Of a DNA stretch of 34,078 bases, positions 1 to 9,118 are shown in pieces. The notes under the pieces are model-generated. The model had not been told where the DNA came from and did not search any database. It saw nothing but the letters and a program-made list of their open reading frames with translations. The translations under genes were made by a program, and so were the position numbers. The stretch is from an uncultured Clostridia bacterium. Lineage in GTDB: Bacteria > Bacillota > Clostridia > HGM11514. The DNA lies in NCBI GenBank assembly GCA_934489915.1, contig CAKSSZ010000002.1, forward strand, positions 1-34,078, given 5' to 3'. The number at the start of each line of letters is the position of its first letter. Position 1 is the first letter of the stretch.

Positions 1-56
1 ATGATACGGAGATAGAACAATATAAAATCATAAAGCAGGATTTAGAAGAAAAATAA
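1..56 (+). CDS. 3' end of an unidentified CDS running in from upstream (partial)
   Basis: Frame 3 is open from the window edge (..DTEIEQYKIIKQDLEEK) to TAA at 54-56 and is followed by a hairpin plus T tract. It is too short to assign a function. Confidence 0.3.
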   Translation, partial: DTEIEQYKIIKQDLEEK

Positions 57-78
57 ATGTCATTTTCCGTAGAATTTT

Positions 79-113
79 AAGGAAACTCCAAAAGAGTTTC
101 CTTTTCCCGTTTT
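79..113 (+). terminator. Rho-independent terminator-like hairpin after the partial CDS
   Basis: AAGGAAACTC (79-88) pairs with GAGTTTCCTT (94-103) across a 5-nt loop, followed by TTCCCGTTTT. I see no clear promoter between it and the topoisomerase start, so it may attenuate rather than fully terminate. Confidence 0.5.
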
Positions 114-134
114 ACTCACTGGAAAAAGAAAGAG

Positions 135-2129
135 GTGATGCCTGTGGCAAAAAAGAAACAGGAATATAATCAGGAAAGTATTACAATGCTCAAAGGGGCA
201 GACCGTGTTCGTTTGCGACCCGGGGTTATTTTTGGGTCGGACGGAATTGATGGGTGCTGTCATTCCTTCTTTGAGATTTTATCAAATTCGATTGACGAAG
301 CAAGAGAAGGATACGGCGACCGTATTGAGGTGACTCGCTTTCTGGATCATTCCATTTTAGTAGAAGATTATGGCCGTGGAATTCCGTTGGATTATAATGA
401 AAAAGAGCAGCGGTACAATTGGGAACTGGTGTTTTGTGAACTATATGCGGGAGGAAAGTATTCCCGCGGAGAGTCAGACAGCTACGAATACAGCCTTGGA
501 TTAAATGGTTTGGGGAGTTGTGCGACACAATATTCTTCCGAATACATGGATGTGACCGTTTGCCATGGCGGATATAAATATCAGCTGCATTTTGAAAAAG
601 GTGAAAATATCGGCGGATTAAAAAAGGAAAAATTCAGGCACCGTCATACCGGAACGGCAATTCATTGGAAGCCTGACCTGGAGGTTTTTACTGAGATTGA
701 AATACCGCTGGAATATTATTTATCAACTTTAAAGAAGCAAGCCGTGGTCAATGCCGGTTTGACTCTTGTTTTAAGGGATGAAACAGAAAAAAATCAGTTT
801 CAAACCTATGAATTTTGCTATCCGGAAGGAATTTTAGGATACGTGAAAGAAATTTCTGCCGGAAAAGAGCTGACAGCTCCCGTTTTTTACCAAACAGAGC
901 GTAAAGGGAGAGATCGGGCAGATAAACCGGAATATAAGGTAATGATGAATGTTGCCTTTTGCTTTAATAATGAAAATAATTTGATTGAATATTATCACAA
1001 TTCCAGCTGGCTTGAACATGGCGGCGCTGCGGAAAAGGCAACAAAAAATGCATTTGTTTCTGTTTTGGATCAATATTTAAAACAAAATGGAAAATATAGT
1101 AAAAATGAAAATAAAATTACCTTTGCCGATGTGGAAGATAGCCTTTTGTTGGTCAGCAGTAACTTTTCTACTGAGACCAGCTATGAAAACCAAACAAAAA
1201 AATCGGTAACCAATAAATTTATTCAGGAAGCTATGACGGATTTTCTGAAATCACAGTTAGAAATTTATTTAATTGAAAACAAGCTGGATGCAGAGAAAAT
1301 CAGCAACCAAATATTAATTAACAAAAGAAGCCGTGAAAATGCAGAAAAAACAAAATTAAATTTAAAGAAAAAGCTTTCCGGCTCGGTGGACATTGCCAAC
1401 CGTGTGCAGAAATTTGTGGATTGCCGCACCAAAGACGCCTCCAGGCGAGAGCTTTATATTGTGGAGGGTGATTCTGCATTGGGATCTGTAAAATTAGGCA
1501 GAGACGCAGAATTTCAGGCGATTATGCCTGTGCGGGGGAAAATATTAAACTGCTTAAAAGCCGGTTATGAGAAAATTTTTAAAAGTGAAATTATTGTGGA
1601 TTTGGTAAAGGTAATCGGCTGTGGTGTGGAGCTGAAAACCAAGCACAATAAAGATTTGAGCGCATTTTCTTTGGATCATTTACGGTACCAGAAAATTATT
1701 ATCTGTACAGATGCTGATGTGGACGGATATCAGATCCGTACCTTGATATTAACGATGTTTTATACCCTGATGCCAACTTTAATTGAACAGGGATATATTT
1801 TTATTGCAGAATCGCCCCTGTACGAGATTAAAACCAAAAAGGAAAGCCTATTTGCTTATACTGATCGGGAAAAAGACCAAATAGTAGAGGGCTTAAAAGG
1901 GGAAAAGGTTAAAATTATGCGTTCAAAAGGCCTGGGCGAAAATGACCCGGATATGATGTGGCATACAACGATGAATCCGGAAACCCGTAAGCTGATTCGT
2001 GTCATGCCCGAGGATGAGGAAGAAACCAAAAGAATGTTTGATTTGCTGCTGGGAAATGACCTGCAGGGACGAAAAGACTTTATTGAGAGCGACGGTTATT
2101 TGTATCTGGATTACACGGACGTAAGCTAA
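135..2129 (+). CDS. Type IIA DNA topoisomerase subunit B (GyrB/ParE family, topo IV-like paralogue)
   Basis: 664-aa ORF with GHKL ATPase motifs (EILSNSIDEA, DYGRGIP, GLNGLG), TOPRIM motifs (EGDSA, DADVDG) and PVRGKILN. The N-terminus (RVRLRPGVIFGS) diverges from canonical GyrB. The start is ambiguous: GTG135 and ATG138 lie on top of GAGG (132-135), while in-frame GTG144 has better SD spacing. Confidence 0.9.
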   Translation: MMPVAKKKQEYNQESITMLKGADRVRLRPGVIFGSDGIDGCCHSFFEILSNSIDEAREGYGDRIEVTRFLDHSILVEDYGRGIPLDYNEKEQRYNWELVFCELYAGGKYSRGESDSYEYSLGLNGLGSCATQYSSEYMDVTVCHGGYKYQLHFEKGENIGGLKKEKFRHRHTGTAIHWKPDLEVFTEIEIPLEYYLSTLKKQAVVNAGLTLVLRDETEKNQFQTYEFCYPEGILGYVKEISAGKELTAPVFYQTERKGRDRADKPEYKVMMNVAFCFNNENNLIEYYHNSSWLEHGGAAEKATKNAFVSVLDQYLKQNGKYSKNENKITFADVEDSLLLVSSNFSTETSYENQTKKSVTNKFIQEAMTDFLKSQLEIYLIENKLDAEKISNQILINKRSRENAEKTKLNLKKKLSGSVDIANRVQKFVDCRTKDASRRELYIVEGDSALGSVKLGRDAEFQAIMPVRGKILNCLKAGYEKIFKSEIIVDLVKVIGCGVELKTKHNKDLSAFSLDHLRYQKIIICTDADVDGYQIRTLILTMFYTLMPTLIEQGYIFIAESPLYEIKTKKESLFAYTDREKDQIVEGLKGEKVKIMRSKGLGENDPDMMWHTTMNPETRKLIRVMPEDEEETKRMFDLLLGNDLQGRKDFIESDGYLYLDYTDVS

Positions 2130-2144
2130 GGGAGGCATGTACCA

Positions 2145-4319
2145 ATGAATTATTATAGTGAACAGCAAATTTCCAAAACGTTAAAGGATAACTTCATGCC
2201 GTATGCGATGAGCGTAATTATATCCCGTGCCATTCCGGAAATTGATGGGCTGAAGCCCTCTCACCGGAAGCTGCTGTATACCATGTACCAGATGAAGTTA
2301 TTGACCGGCGAACGGACAAAATCATCTAATATTGTGGGACAAACCATGCGATTAAATCCCCATGGAGATCAGGCTATTTATGCGACCATGGTGCGCCTGA
2401 CAAAGAGCAACGGAGCCTTGCTGCACCCATTTGTGGATTCTAAAGGGAACTTTGGAAAGCAGTATTCTCGGGATATGGCATATGCCGCCCCCCGTTATAC
2501 AGAAGCAAAATTAGACAGCTTTTCTGCGGAGCTGTTTGCGGATATTGATAAAGATACGGTTGATTTTGTGGATAACTACGATGGAACCACCAAGGAACCA
2601 ACTCTGCTGCCGGTTACCTTTCCCAACATTATTGTAAACCCGAATTTGGGGATTGCTGTTGGGATGGCAAGCAACATTTGCAGCTTTAATTTGGCTGAGG
2701 TTTGCAAAACAACGGTGAGCTTGATTAAAAACCCCAAGCATAATATTATGAAAACACTGAAAGCGCCTGATTTTTCTACCGGCGGACAGTTGATTTATCG
2801 GGCGGATGAAATGGAAAAAATATATCGGACGGGCAAAGGGAGCTTTCGTGTTCGGGCAAAATATCAATATGACAAGAAGAATCATTGCATAGAAATTACG
2901 GAGATTCCCTATACCACAACAGCAGAAGCAATTATGGATAAAATTGCGGAGCTGGTAAAGCAAAATAAATGTAAGGAAATCTCGGATGTGCGGGATGAAA
3001 CAGACTTAAAGGGCTTGAAGATTACCATTGACGTCAAGCGCAGCACGGATCCGGATGCATTAATGAGCAAGCTGTTTAAATTAACGACTTTGGAGGACAG
3101 CTTTGGATGCAACTTTAATATTTTAATCGGTAATACGCCCAAGGTGTGCGGAATTGCGGAAATATTGGAGGAATGGACTGCATTTCGGGTGGATTGCATC
3201 AAGCGCCGGTTATATTATGATATTCAAAAGATGAAGGAGAAGCTTCATTTACTGTACGGTTTGCGGGAAATATTGCTGGATATTGACAAAGCGATTTCTA
3301 TTATCAGAAATACGGAAGCTGAGCGGGATGTTGTGCCGAATTTAATGAAGGGCTTTTCCATTGATCAGGTTCAGGCAGAGTATATTGCTGAAATCAAGCT
3401 GCGGAATCTGAACCGTGAGTATATTTTAAAGCGCACAAAAGAAACGGATGAAATGGAGCGGCAGCTGGCGGAATATGAAGAGACCTTAGGTTCTCAGGAA
3501 AAAATCAATCAAATTATATGTGACCAATTGAACGGTATTGCAAAAAAATATGGGCAACCCAGAAAAACGGAGATCATCGGTGCAGAGGAAATTACACAAT
3601 TTACTCAGGAAGAAACAATTGATGATTATGCAGTAAAGGTATTTCTTACCAAAGAAAGCTATTTTAAGAAAATCAGTCTGGTGTCTCTGCGTTCCAGCGG
3701 AGATCAAAAGCTGAAGGAGGACGATAAGATTACCCGTGTGATTGAAACCTCCAATAAAGCGGAAATCCTCTTCTTTAGCGATCGGCAGAATGTGTATAAA
3801 GCAAAGCTACACGATCTGCCGGACGGTAAGACGGCTAATTTAGGCGAATTTTTACCCAATCTGCTGCAAATGGAAGAGGGCGAACGGGTTGTGGATATGG
3901 TGGTAACGGAGGATTACAGCGGATTTGTTTTATTTGCGTTTGCATCCGGTAAAATGGCACGGGTTCCGCTCAAGGCATATGAAACAAAGACCAACCGAAA
4001 ACGCCTTACCAACGCCTATTCCGGCGCCTCTCCGCTGGTAAAAATGGTTTTCTTCCGGGAGGAAACAGAGCTGGCGGCAATTAGCGATACCGGAAAAATT
4101 CTGGTATTTTCTACTGAAAACGTCTCCCAAAAAAGCACCCGTGACTCGCAAGGCGTTTCCGTTTTGCTGTCCAAAAAAGGAAGTCAGCTGACGGATCTGC
4201 GTCCGGCAGACAGCTTGCATTTGAAGGACATTTCATACTACAGAACAAAAAACATTCCGGCGGTAGGGTGTTTTCTGCGCAAGGGAGATCATATTGAGGA
4301 GCAAATGAGCTTCTTATGA
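2145..4319 (+). CDS. Type IIA DNA topoisomerase subunit A (GyrA/ParC family, topo IV-like)
   Basis: 724-aa ORF with YAMSVI..GLKPSHRK, NPHGD and catalytic-Tyr motif AAPRYTEAKL. The C-terminal domain is short and I could not see a GyrA box (QRRGGKG-like). GGGAGG lies 9 nt upstream of the ATG. It sits directly downstream of the B subunit. Confidence 0.9.
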   Translation: MNYYSEQQISKTLKDNFMPYAMSVIISRAIPEIDGLKPSHRKLLYTMYQMKLLTGERTKSSNIVGQTMRLNPHGDQAIYATMVRLTKSNGALLHPFVDSKGNFGKQYSRDMAYAAPRYTEAKLDSFSAELFADIDKDTVDFVDNYDGTTKEPTLLPVTFPNIIVNPNLGIAVGMASNICSFNLAEVCKTTVSLIKNPKHNIMKTLKAPDFSTGGQLIYRADEMEKIYRTGKGSFRVRAKYQYDKKNHCIEITEIPYTTTAEAIMDKIAELVKQNKCKEISDVRDETDLKGLKITIDVKRSTDPDALMSKLFKLTTLEDSFGCNFNILIGNTPKVCGIAEILEEWTAFRVDCIKRRLYYDIQKMKEKLHLLYGLREILLDIDKAISIIRNTEAERDVVPNLMKGFSIDQVQAEYIAEIKLRNLNREYILKRTKETDEMERQLAEYEETLGSQEKINQIICDQLNGIAKKYGQPRKTEIIGAEEITQFTQEETIDDYAVKVFLTKESYFKKISLVSLRSSGDQKLKEDDKITRVIETSNKAEILFFSDRQNVYKAKLHDLPDGKTANLGEFLPNLLQMEEGERVVDMVVTEDYSGFVLFAFASGKMARVPLKAYETKTNRKRLTNAYSGASPLVKMVFFREETELAAISDTGKILVFSTENVSQKSTRDSQGVSVLLSKKGSQLTDLRPADSLHLKDISYYRTKNIPAVGCFLRKGDHIEEQMSFL

Positions 4320-4858
4320 GAAAAACGGTGATAGGCGCACTGGCTCTTTCCGCAGTGGTGACGGCCGTTTTGTGGCGCTTTGCGGAGAACAATGAGATAT
4401 GCTACAGCCTTTGGGTAACCGGGATTACAACACTGTATCATATAGGGATGAGACTTTTGGTAGGAGGGGCATTCCGATTTTGGACGCCAAAGAACCCGGA
4501 ACATAAATGGTTTCGGGAAAGGCCTTGGGAGAAAGTGTTTTATCGGAAGATCCGCATCAAACACTGGAAGCGCCTGGTGCCGACCTACCGTGAGGAAGAA
4601 TTTTTATTTGACCGGCAAAGAGCGGCAGAGCTTTTGAAAAGCACTTGCCGTTCGGAGGCAGGTCATACGGTAATGCTGGCGCTGAATTTTGTTCCTCTGT
4701 TGTTTTCCCGCTTTTTCGGCGGATTTTGGGTGTTTTTTATCACCTCTCTTGCAGCGGGAGTTTTAGATTTGGCTCCCATTCTGGTACAGCGATATAACCG
4801 CCCCCGCCTTTTGCGGGTGCTTCATAACATGCAAAAAAACAGGGAGATCCGATCATGA
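4316..4858 (+). CDS. Small polytopic membrane protein, CrtO-like (glycosyl-4,4'-diaponeurosporenoate acyltransferase family) of unknown role
   Basis: 180 aa with hydrophobic N- and C-terminal segments. The motifs CRSEAGH and LVQRYNRPRL resemble, from memory, the ETxRAExxH and QRYNRPR motifs of the CrtO family. Its start overlaps the topoisomerase A stop (ATGA at 4316-4319). Confidence 0.5.
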   Translation: MRKTVIGALALSAVVTAVLWRFAENNEICYSLWVTGITTLYHIGMRLLVGGAFRFWTPKNPEHKWFRERPWEKVFYRKIRIKHWKRLVPTYREEEFLFDRQRAAELLKSTCRSEAGHTVMLALNFVPLLFSRFFGGFWVFFITSLAAGVLDLAPILVQRYNRPRLLRVLHNMQKNREIRS

Positions 4859-4875
4859 TCGCCCTGTTCTAAAAT

Positions 4876-4910
4876 ACTAAAAGGGGCTGGTAAAAACAGC
4901 CCCTTTTAGT
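4876..4910. terminator. Bidirectional intrinsic terminator between convergent genes
   Basis: ACTAAAAGGGGCTG (4876-4889) pairs with CAGCCCCTTTTAGT (4897-4910) across a 7-nt loop. The A/T-rich parts of the arms supply a U tract in either orientation. Confidence 0.75.
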
Positions 4911-4914
4911 ATGC

Positions 4915-5883
4915 TTATTCTTCAATTTGAATCTTTACAGCCACAACTTGCGGGGGAATGCTCATGGTGGTTATTTCTCCGTGTAATCCGGAAATTTTGT
5001 CGCCTACCTTTAAATCGTCAATCTTATAAATTCTTTTATCCATTCCACGGGTAATTTGTGTGTCTTCTGTTACGATCAGGCAAAGAGCATTTGTCGGATC
5101 AACCTTTCCGTCGGGGGTAATTATAACCTGGCCATCCCCGGGCAGTTCACTGATAATGCCGGAAAATGCAAGCTTATTTTCCTCTTCCTGATCCGCATCA
5201 ACAGGCAGATTTACAATTTCAATTTGTTTTGCGGTTGCCTGCGGCGGTAAGCTTGCCGTCATGGCGTCCTCATACTCGATCCGGATACTCTGACCGACCT
5301 GCAAAGCGTCCTTGGTAATGGGCTTTCCATTTGCCAGCAGCACGGTATGTTCACCAATGTGTACCCATACCTCACCCCGATCCTCGTCCTGCACGGAAAG
5401 AGTGCCGTCTTCCATAATTTCCTGAATGGTTCCCTGAGACGGGCGAGATACAATGAAAGTTCCTTCGTCGTCAGAGTGGCAATTCAGTCCCATCAGTTCC
5501 GTAAACAATGCGGTGGGAACATAGGTGGTGTCCTCCTGCAAAACCGGCGCAGAACCTAAGGGCTGGGCAGCCATTTTAGAAAAAGTATAGGCATCCTCCT
5601 GAATGGAAAATGTGATGTACTGTGCACCGGACGTTAAAGTAACTCGCTGAGCCTCCTCCTGCCAGCCTACCTGGTAGCCAAAGTGTTCTGCTACTTTACG
5701 CACAGGCAAAAGAGTTTGCCCATCCTGCTGTAAGCCGGTCACGATCAGGGGGGCAGGAATTTCTGTTGCTGCCGTAACCTCAATTTCCGGTCTTGTAATT
5801 TCGATGGCTGTTCCCGGCATTGTCCAAGACATCACCAGTAAACCGGCACCTACTATCAATGCCGCTGCTTCCACTTTCTTCAT
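4915..5883 (-). CDS. Membrane-anchored or secreted protein with a copper amine oxidase N-terminal-like (stalk) domain plus two tandem ~75-aa repeats
   Basis: 322 aa with an N-terminal hydrophobic anchor (AAALIVGAGLLVMSW). LPVRKVAEHFGYQVGWQEEAQRVTL is typical of Cu-amine-oxidase N-terminal-like domains of Firmicute envelope proteins. SD is GAAGGAG. Confidence 0.6.
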   Translation of the reverse strand: MKKVEAAALIVGAGLLVMSWTMPGTAIEITRPEIEVTAATEIPAPLIVTGLQQDGQTLLPVRKVAEHFGYQVGWQEEAQRVTLTSGAQYITFSIQEDAYTFSKMAAQPLGSAPVLQEDTTYVPTALFTELMGLNCHSDDEGTFIVSRPSQGTIQEIMEDGTLSVQDEDRGEVWVHIGEHTVLLANGKPITKDALQVGQSIRIEYEDAMTASLPPQATAKQIEIVNLPVDADQEEENKLAFSGIISELPGDGQVIITPDGKVDPTNALCLIVTEDTQITRGMDKRIYKIDDLKVGDKISGLHGEITTMSIPPQVVAVKIQIEE

Positions 5884-5966
5884 TCGATCATCTCCTTCGA
5901 GGTTTTTGTTCTTACATTATGAATACCTGTCGGATAGAAAAAAGGTTGCAAAAAAATTTATTTTTT

Positions 5967-6581
5967 TTAATTTCCTTCTATTACACGTATTAATAGCTGT
6001 TCCGCATTTTGAAAATCCAGCTGTTCCCGTTCGTTCATATCTGCTTTTTTAGCGATTACAGCAAAATAATATTGCTTGCCGCTCATGGTAAACATGGAAA
6101 AGACCGGATTGTCCGCTGCAATCGCAATACCGTACGAGCTATCCTCGGTTAAATCATATGCCTGCTGATAGGCTTGAAGATTTTCTAAAGCGCCTCCGTT
6201 GGCCAGCGCCTGCAAAGCAGACTGATCCACCACCAGCGCCGAAACCTCCCGGGTCATAATCATTCCCTGCAGCCGTACCACCGCTGCGGAGTCCTGTTCC
6301 GCTTGCAGGGCGCTTCCGGTAATATTTAAAAAATAAGGAAGGACATGCACTGTGCCGTCTCCGTTGGCATCTGTCATTTGTTTTTCCTGTTCGGTTTGGA
6401 AGACCCGCATAGTGTCCTCTGTTTGCCCGAAGCTCCCTAAAAATACGATTGTGGTATCGTAGTCAATGCGGCTTCTTACCTGTTGAATGGTTGTAATTAC
6501 CATAAAAATTGCCAATGCCCCGAAAATGACATACCACTTGTAATAATACCAGAAATTTTCGACCCGTTCCCGAAAGTTCAA
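5967..6581 (-). CDS. Hypothetical single-pass membrane protein
   Basis: 204 aa with one N-terminal TM helix (WYVIFGALAIFMVITTI). The TTG start is supported by GGAGG 7 nt upstream, and the next in-frame Met falls inside the TM helix. I recognise no family. Confidence 0.55.
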   Translation of the reverse strand: MNFRERVENFWYYYKWYVIFGALAIFMVITTIQQVRSRIDYDTTIVFLGSFGQTEDTMRVFQTEQEKQMTDANGDGTVHVLPYFLNITGSALQAEQDSAAVVRLQGMIMTREVSALVVDQSALQALANGGALENLQAYQQAYDLTEDSSYGIAIAADNPVFSMFTMSGKQYYFAVIAKKADMNEREQLDFQNAEQLLIRVIEGN

Positions 6582-6606
6582 AAAACCGCCTCCTTAACCG
6601 CTTCTT

Positions 6607-9000
6607 TTATCGAATATCATACACTGACTGCAAGGTGATTGCCGCTGAAAGCTCCTCCGCCGTAAGATTGGTTTCTCCCTGTACGGTATACCCTTCTGGA
6701 GCAGTGATATCAAAATAATTATCTGAAAGAACAAGATCGCAGGAAGTAAAGTCAACCTCCACCGATTTTGCAAACGTGTTGGACGTTACATGGATTTTTG
6801 CAAAATCCCCTTCTTTGATAATCTGAGCCTGCAGTGCCGGCTGCTCCCATGCAAAGCGCTTTGGTGGGACAAACAGTAGGGTTTGACGCATTAAGAAATG
6901 TCCCTCCCGGTCAAACAGATCCGCATAAAAATAAGAAAAAGCGGGAGCTTCCTTGCAGATCATTTCTGCAGCGTCGGCAGAGGAAAGCGGAGCGATAGAG
7001 ACCGACTGCTCCGCTGCTTGGAATACCGTAAAATCACGGTTGCATAAAAACAGCTTTACCGTGCCGCAAAATTCCTCTCTTGTTTCATTTGCGATATTGA
7101 CGCAAACCCGTCCTCCTTCTTCAAATAACCCCATGGCCACCGGTGCATAAAACTTTTTTGCCGCATAGTGCAGTGCTTTATACCGTCCGAAATAATCAAT
7201 ACTGGACCAGGATGCCACCGGCCAGCAATCGTTTACCTGCCAGTATAAGGATCCCATGCAATACCCCCGGATTTTCCGGAAATATTCCACCCCGTATTTG
7301 ATGGCGTCTGCCTGCAGCAGCTGAGACGCATAGACCAATGCCTGAAAGCTGGTAGGATAAAGGTATTGCTCTGCCAGATAGGTTAAAATTTTGGCATTAC
7401 CGCTTTTGCATTTCTGATGGTTTTCCATCACCTGCGAAAATGCGTTAAGATCCTCTTCACCGCAAAAGCTCCGGATGGTTTTCATGGAAGGAAAGCTTTC
7501 AAACCCGTATTCCGAACAAAAACGGAACCGATGCTCCCGATAGGCTGTAAACGGGGTTCCTCCGTGCCAGACGTCCCAATAATGTGTGTCGCCCTTGTCT
7601 AACGCATTGGTGTCTTCAAACCCGCCTCCGGCAGAGGGACTGGACGGCCAATAAAAGGTTTGAGGGGCAAAACGGGCGCATAAATCCGGTAAAATTCCTT
7701 CATACAGCCGCAAATAGTCTGCCTTGACTTTTTCCGATCTCCCCATTCTGCCGGACTTCAGATCCAGCTCAATTTCATTATTGCCGCACAGTAACCCCAA
7801 AGACGCATGGTGCCGAATGCGTTTCAGATTGTCTTCGAATTCCGCCCGGACATTTTTTTCAAACTCCTCTGTCAGCCAAATGTTTACACAGGCAAACATA
7901 AAATCCTGCCATACAATTAAGCCAAGCTCATCGCATAAATCAAAAAATTCATCCTCCGGATAGTAGCCCCCACCCCAGACGCGAATGGTATTATAATTGG
8001 CGTCTACGCACGCTTCCAGCAATTTTTTGGTGCGTTCCGGATGGATCCGGGACAGGATGCTGTCCTGAGGGATATAGTTTGCACCCATGGAAAATATTTT
8101 AATGCCGTTCACAACAAATGCAAATTCGTGGTTATTCGCCGCACCTGCGGATAGGGTCAGGGTTCGCAGGCCGATTCTTTTTTCCACACGATCCAGAATG
8201 CGCCCCTCCTTTTTCAAAAGAAATGTTACCGAATAGAGGGGCTGTTCCCCATATCCCCGGGGCCACCAAAGCGCCGGCTGATCTACCTCAATCACCGCCT
8301 TTCCCCCGGGCATGGGATAACGTTTTCCGTCAAATTCGACCTCCATCTCTATTCCGTCTGACCGATGCGCTGCTTCTCCGCTCACTGTCAGTGTGACGGC
8401 GCCGTTTTTGTGACATTGCCGGATAAATACATCCTCCCATCTGTCACAGTCATAGGTAAGCAGCTCTACTTTCCGGAAAATCCCCATGTCCGGCAGCTTG
8501 GGTCCCCAGTCCCAACCGGACATAGAAAGACATTTTCGTAAATGTGCCGCTCCCTTAATAGTATCTCCGGATAAATCACCGTTTGTCCATAAAAAATGAG
8601 TGCGGTTTTGTTCCTCAAAATATTGGATCGGAGAATGGAACACCAGCTTGATTTCATTTTTCCCGCACCGGGCTAACTTCTTCACATCAAAACGATAAGT
8701 GCGATGCATATTCATGACCGAGGAAAGCAGTGTACCGTTAAAATAAATATCACAAATGGTGTCTAACCCGTGAAATACCAGCTCTATGTAATCTTTTTTC
8801 CATTCCTCCGGCTGAATTTCAAATACGGAGGAAAAAACACAATCTTCACGGGACAGGTCGGTTAACTCTTGTTCGTTCAGTCCGTAAAACGGATCCTGAA
8901 TCAATCCGTGCTCCAAAAGCACGCTGTACATGGAGCAGGGAGCGGTTGCTGCCAGCTCCTGATGTTGTTGATACTGCATGTTCCAAGAATGAATTACCAT
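6607..9000 (-). CDS. Glycoside hydrolase family 2 beta-mannosidase (no signal peptide)
   Basis: 797 aa with a beta-mannosidase-like N-terminus (LIQDPFYGLNEQ), candidate acid/base motif CGNNEIE and nucleophile motif CSEYGFES. SD is GGGAG. Confidence 0.85.
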   Translation of the reverse strand: MVIHSWNMQYQQHQELAATAPCSMYSVLLEHGLIQDPFYGLNEQELTDLSREDCVFSSVFEIQPEEWKKDYIELVFHGLDTICDIYFNGTLLSSVMNMHRTYRFDVKKLARCGKNEIKLVFHSPIQYFEEQNRTHFLWTNGDLSGDTIKGAAHLRKCLSMSGWDWGPKLPDMGIFRKVELLTYDCDRWEDVFIRQCHKNGAVTLTVSGEAAHRSDGIEMEVEFDGKRYPMPGGKAVIEVDQPALWWPRGYGEQPLYSVTFLLKKEGRILDRVEKRIGLRTLTLSAGAANNHEFAFVVNGIKIFSMGANYIPQDSILSRIHPERTKKLLEACVDANYNTIRVWGGGYYPEDEFFDLCDELGLIVWQDFMFACVNIWLTEEFEKNVRAEFEDNLKRIRHHASLGLLCGNNEIELDLKSGRMGRSEKVKADYLRLYEGILPDLCARFAPQTFYWPSSPSAGGGFEDTNALDKGDTHYWDVWHGGTPFTAYREHRFRFCSEYGFESFPSMKTIRSFCGEEDLNAFSQVMENHQKCKSGNAKILTYLAEQYLYPTSFQALVYASQLLQADAIKYGVEYFRKIRGYCMGSLYWQVNDCWPVASWSSIDYFGRYKALHYAAKKFYAPVAMGLFEEGGRVCVNIANETREEFCGTVKLFLCNRDFTVFQAAEQSVSIAPLSSADAAEMICKEAPAFSYFYADLFDREGHFLMRQTLLFVPPKRFAWEQPALQAQIIKEGDFAKIHVTSNTFAKSVEVDFTSCDLVLSDNYFDITAPEGYTVQGETNLTAEELSAAITLQSVYDIR

Positions 9001-9032
9001 ACGTAATCTCCCATCTCACTTTTCTTGTTTTT

Positions 9033-9061
9033 ATTATACTCTAAAACAATGGGATTGTCAA
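9033..9061 (-). promoter_or_regulatory. Consensus sigma-A promoter for the beta-mannosidase operon
   Basis: On the minus strand, TTGACA (9061-9056), a 17-nt spacer and TATAAT (9038-9033), about 30 nt upstream of the ATG at 9000. Confidence 0.65.
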
Positions 9062-9069
9062 TGTATAAA

Positions 9070-9104
9070 AAGATCTGCGGCAAAACCGGATTGCCGCAGA
9101 TCTT
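9070..9104 (-). terminator. Intrinsic terminator of the lipoprotein gene
   Basis: Perfect 14-bp stem AAGATCTGCGGCAA / TTGCCGCAGATCTT with a 7-nt loop. On the minus strand it is followed by TTTATAC, a short U tract. Confidence 0.6.
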
Positions 9105-9118
9105 CAGAGAAATTCCTG

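Noticed and set aside
60-528. Small minus-strand ORFs at the left edge (60-263 and 226-528)
   Set aside because: They are antisense to the terminator and RBS region and to the confidently called topoisomerase B gene. They have no SD and an implausible composition.
135-4319. The topoisomerase genes look noticeably more AT-rich by eye than, for example, 9.5-12.7 kb, which could suggest horizontal acquisition
   Set aside because: I cannot compute composition here. The AT-rich stretches coincide with Lys/Asn/Glu-rich protein segments, such as the insert around 1000-1400. Other core genes (the AI-2E permease and the PBP) are similarly AT-rich. No mobility genes, tRNA or repeats flank the region.
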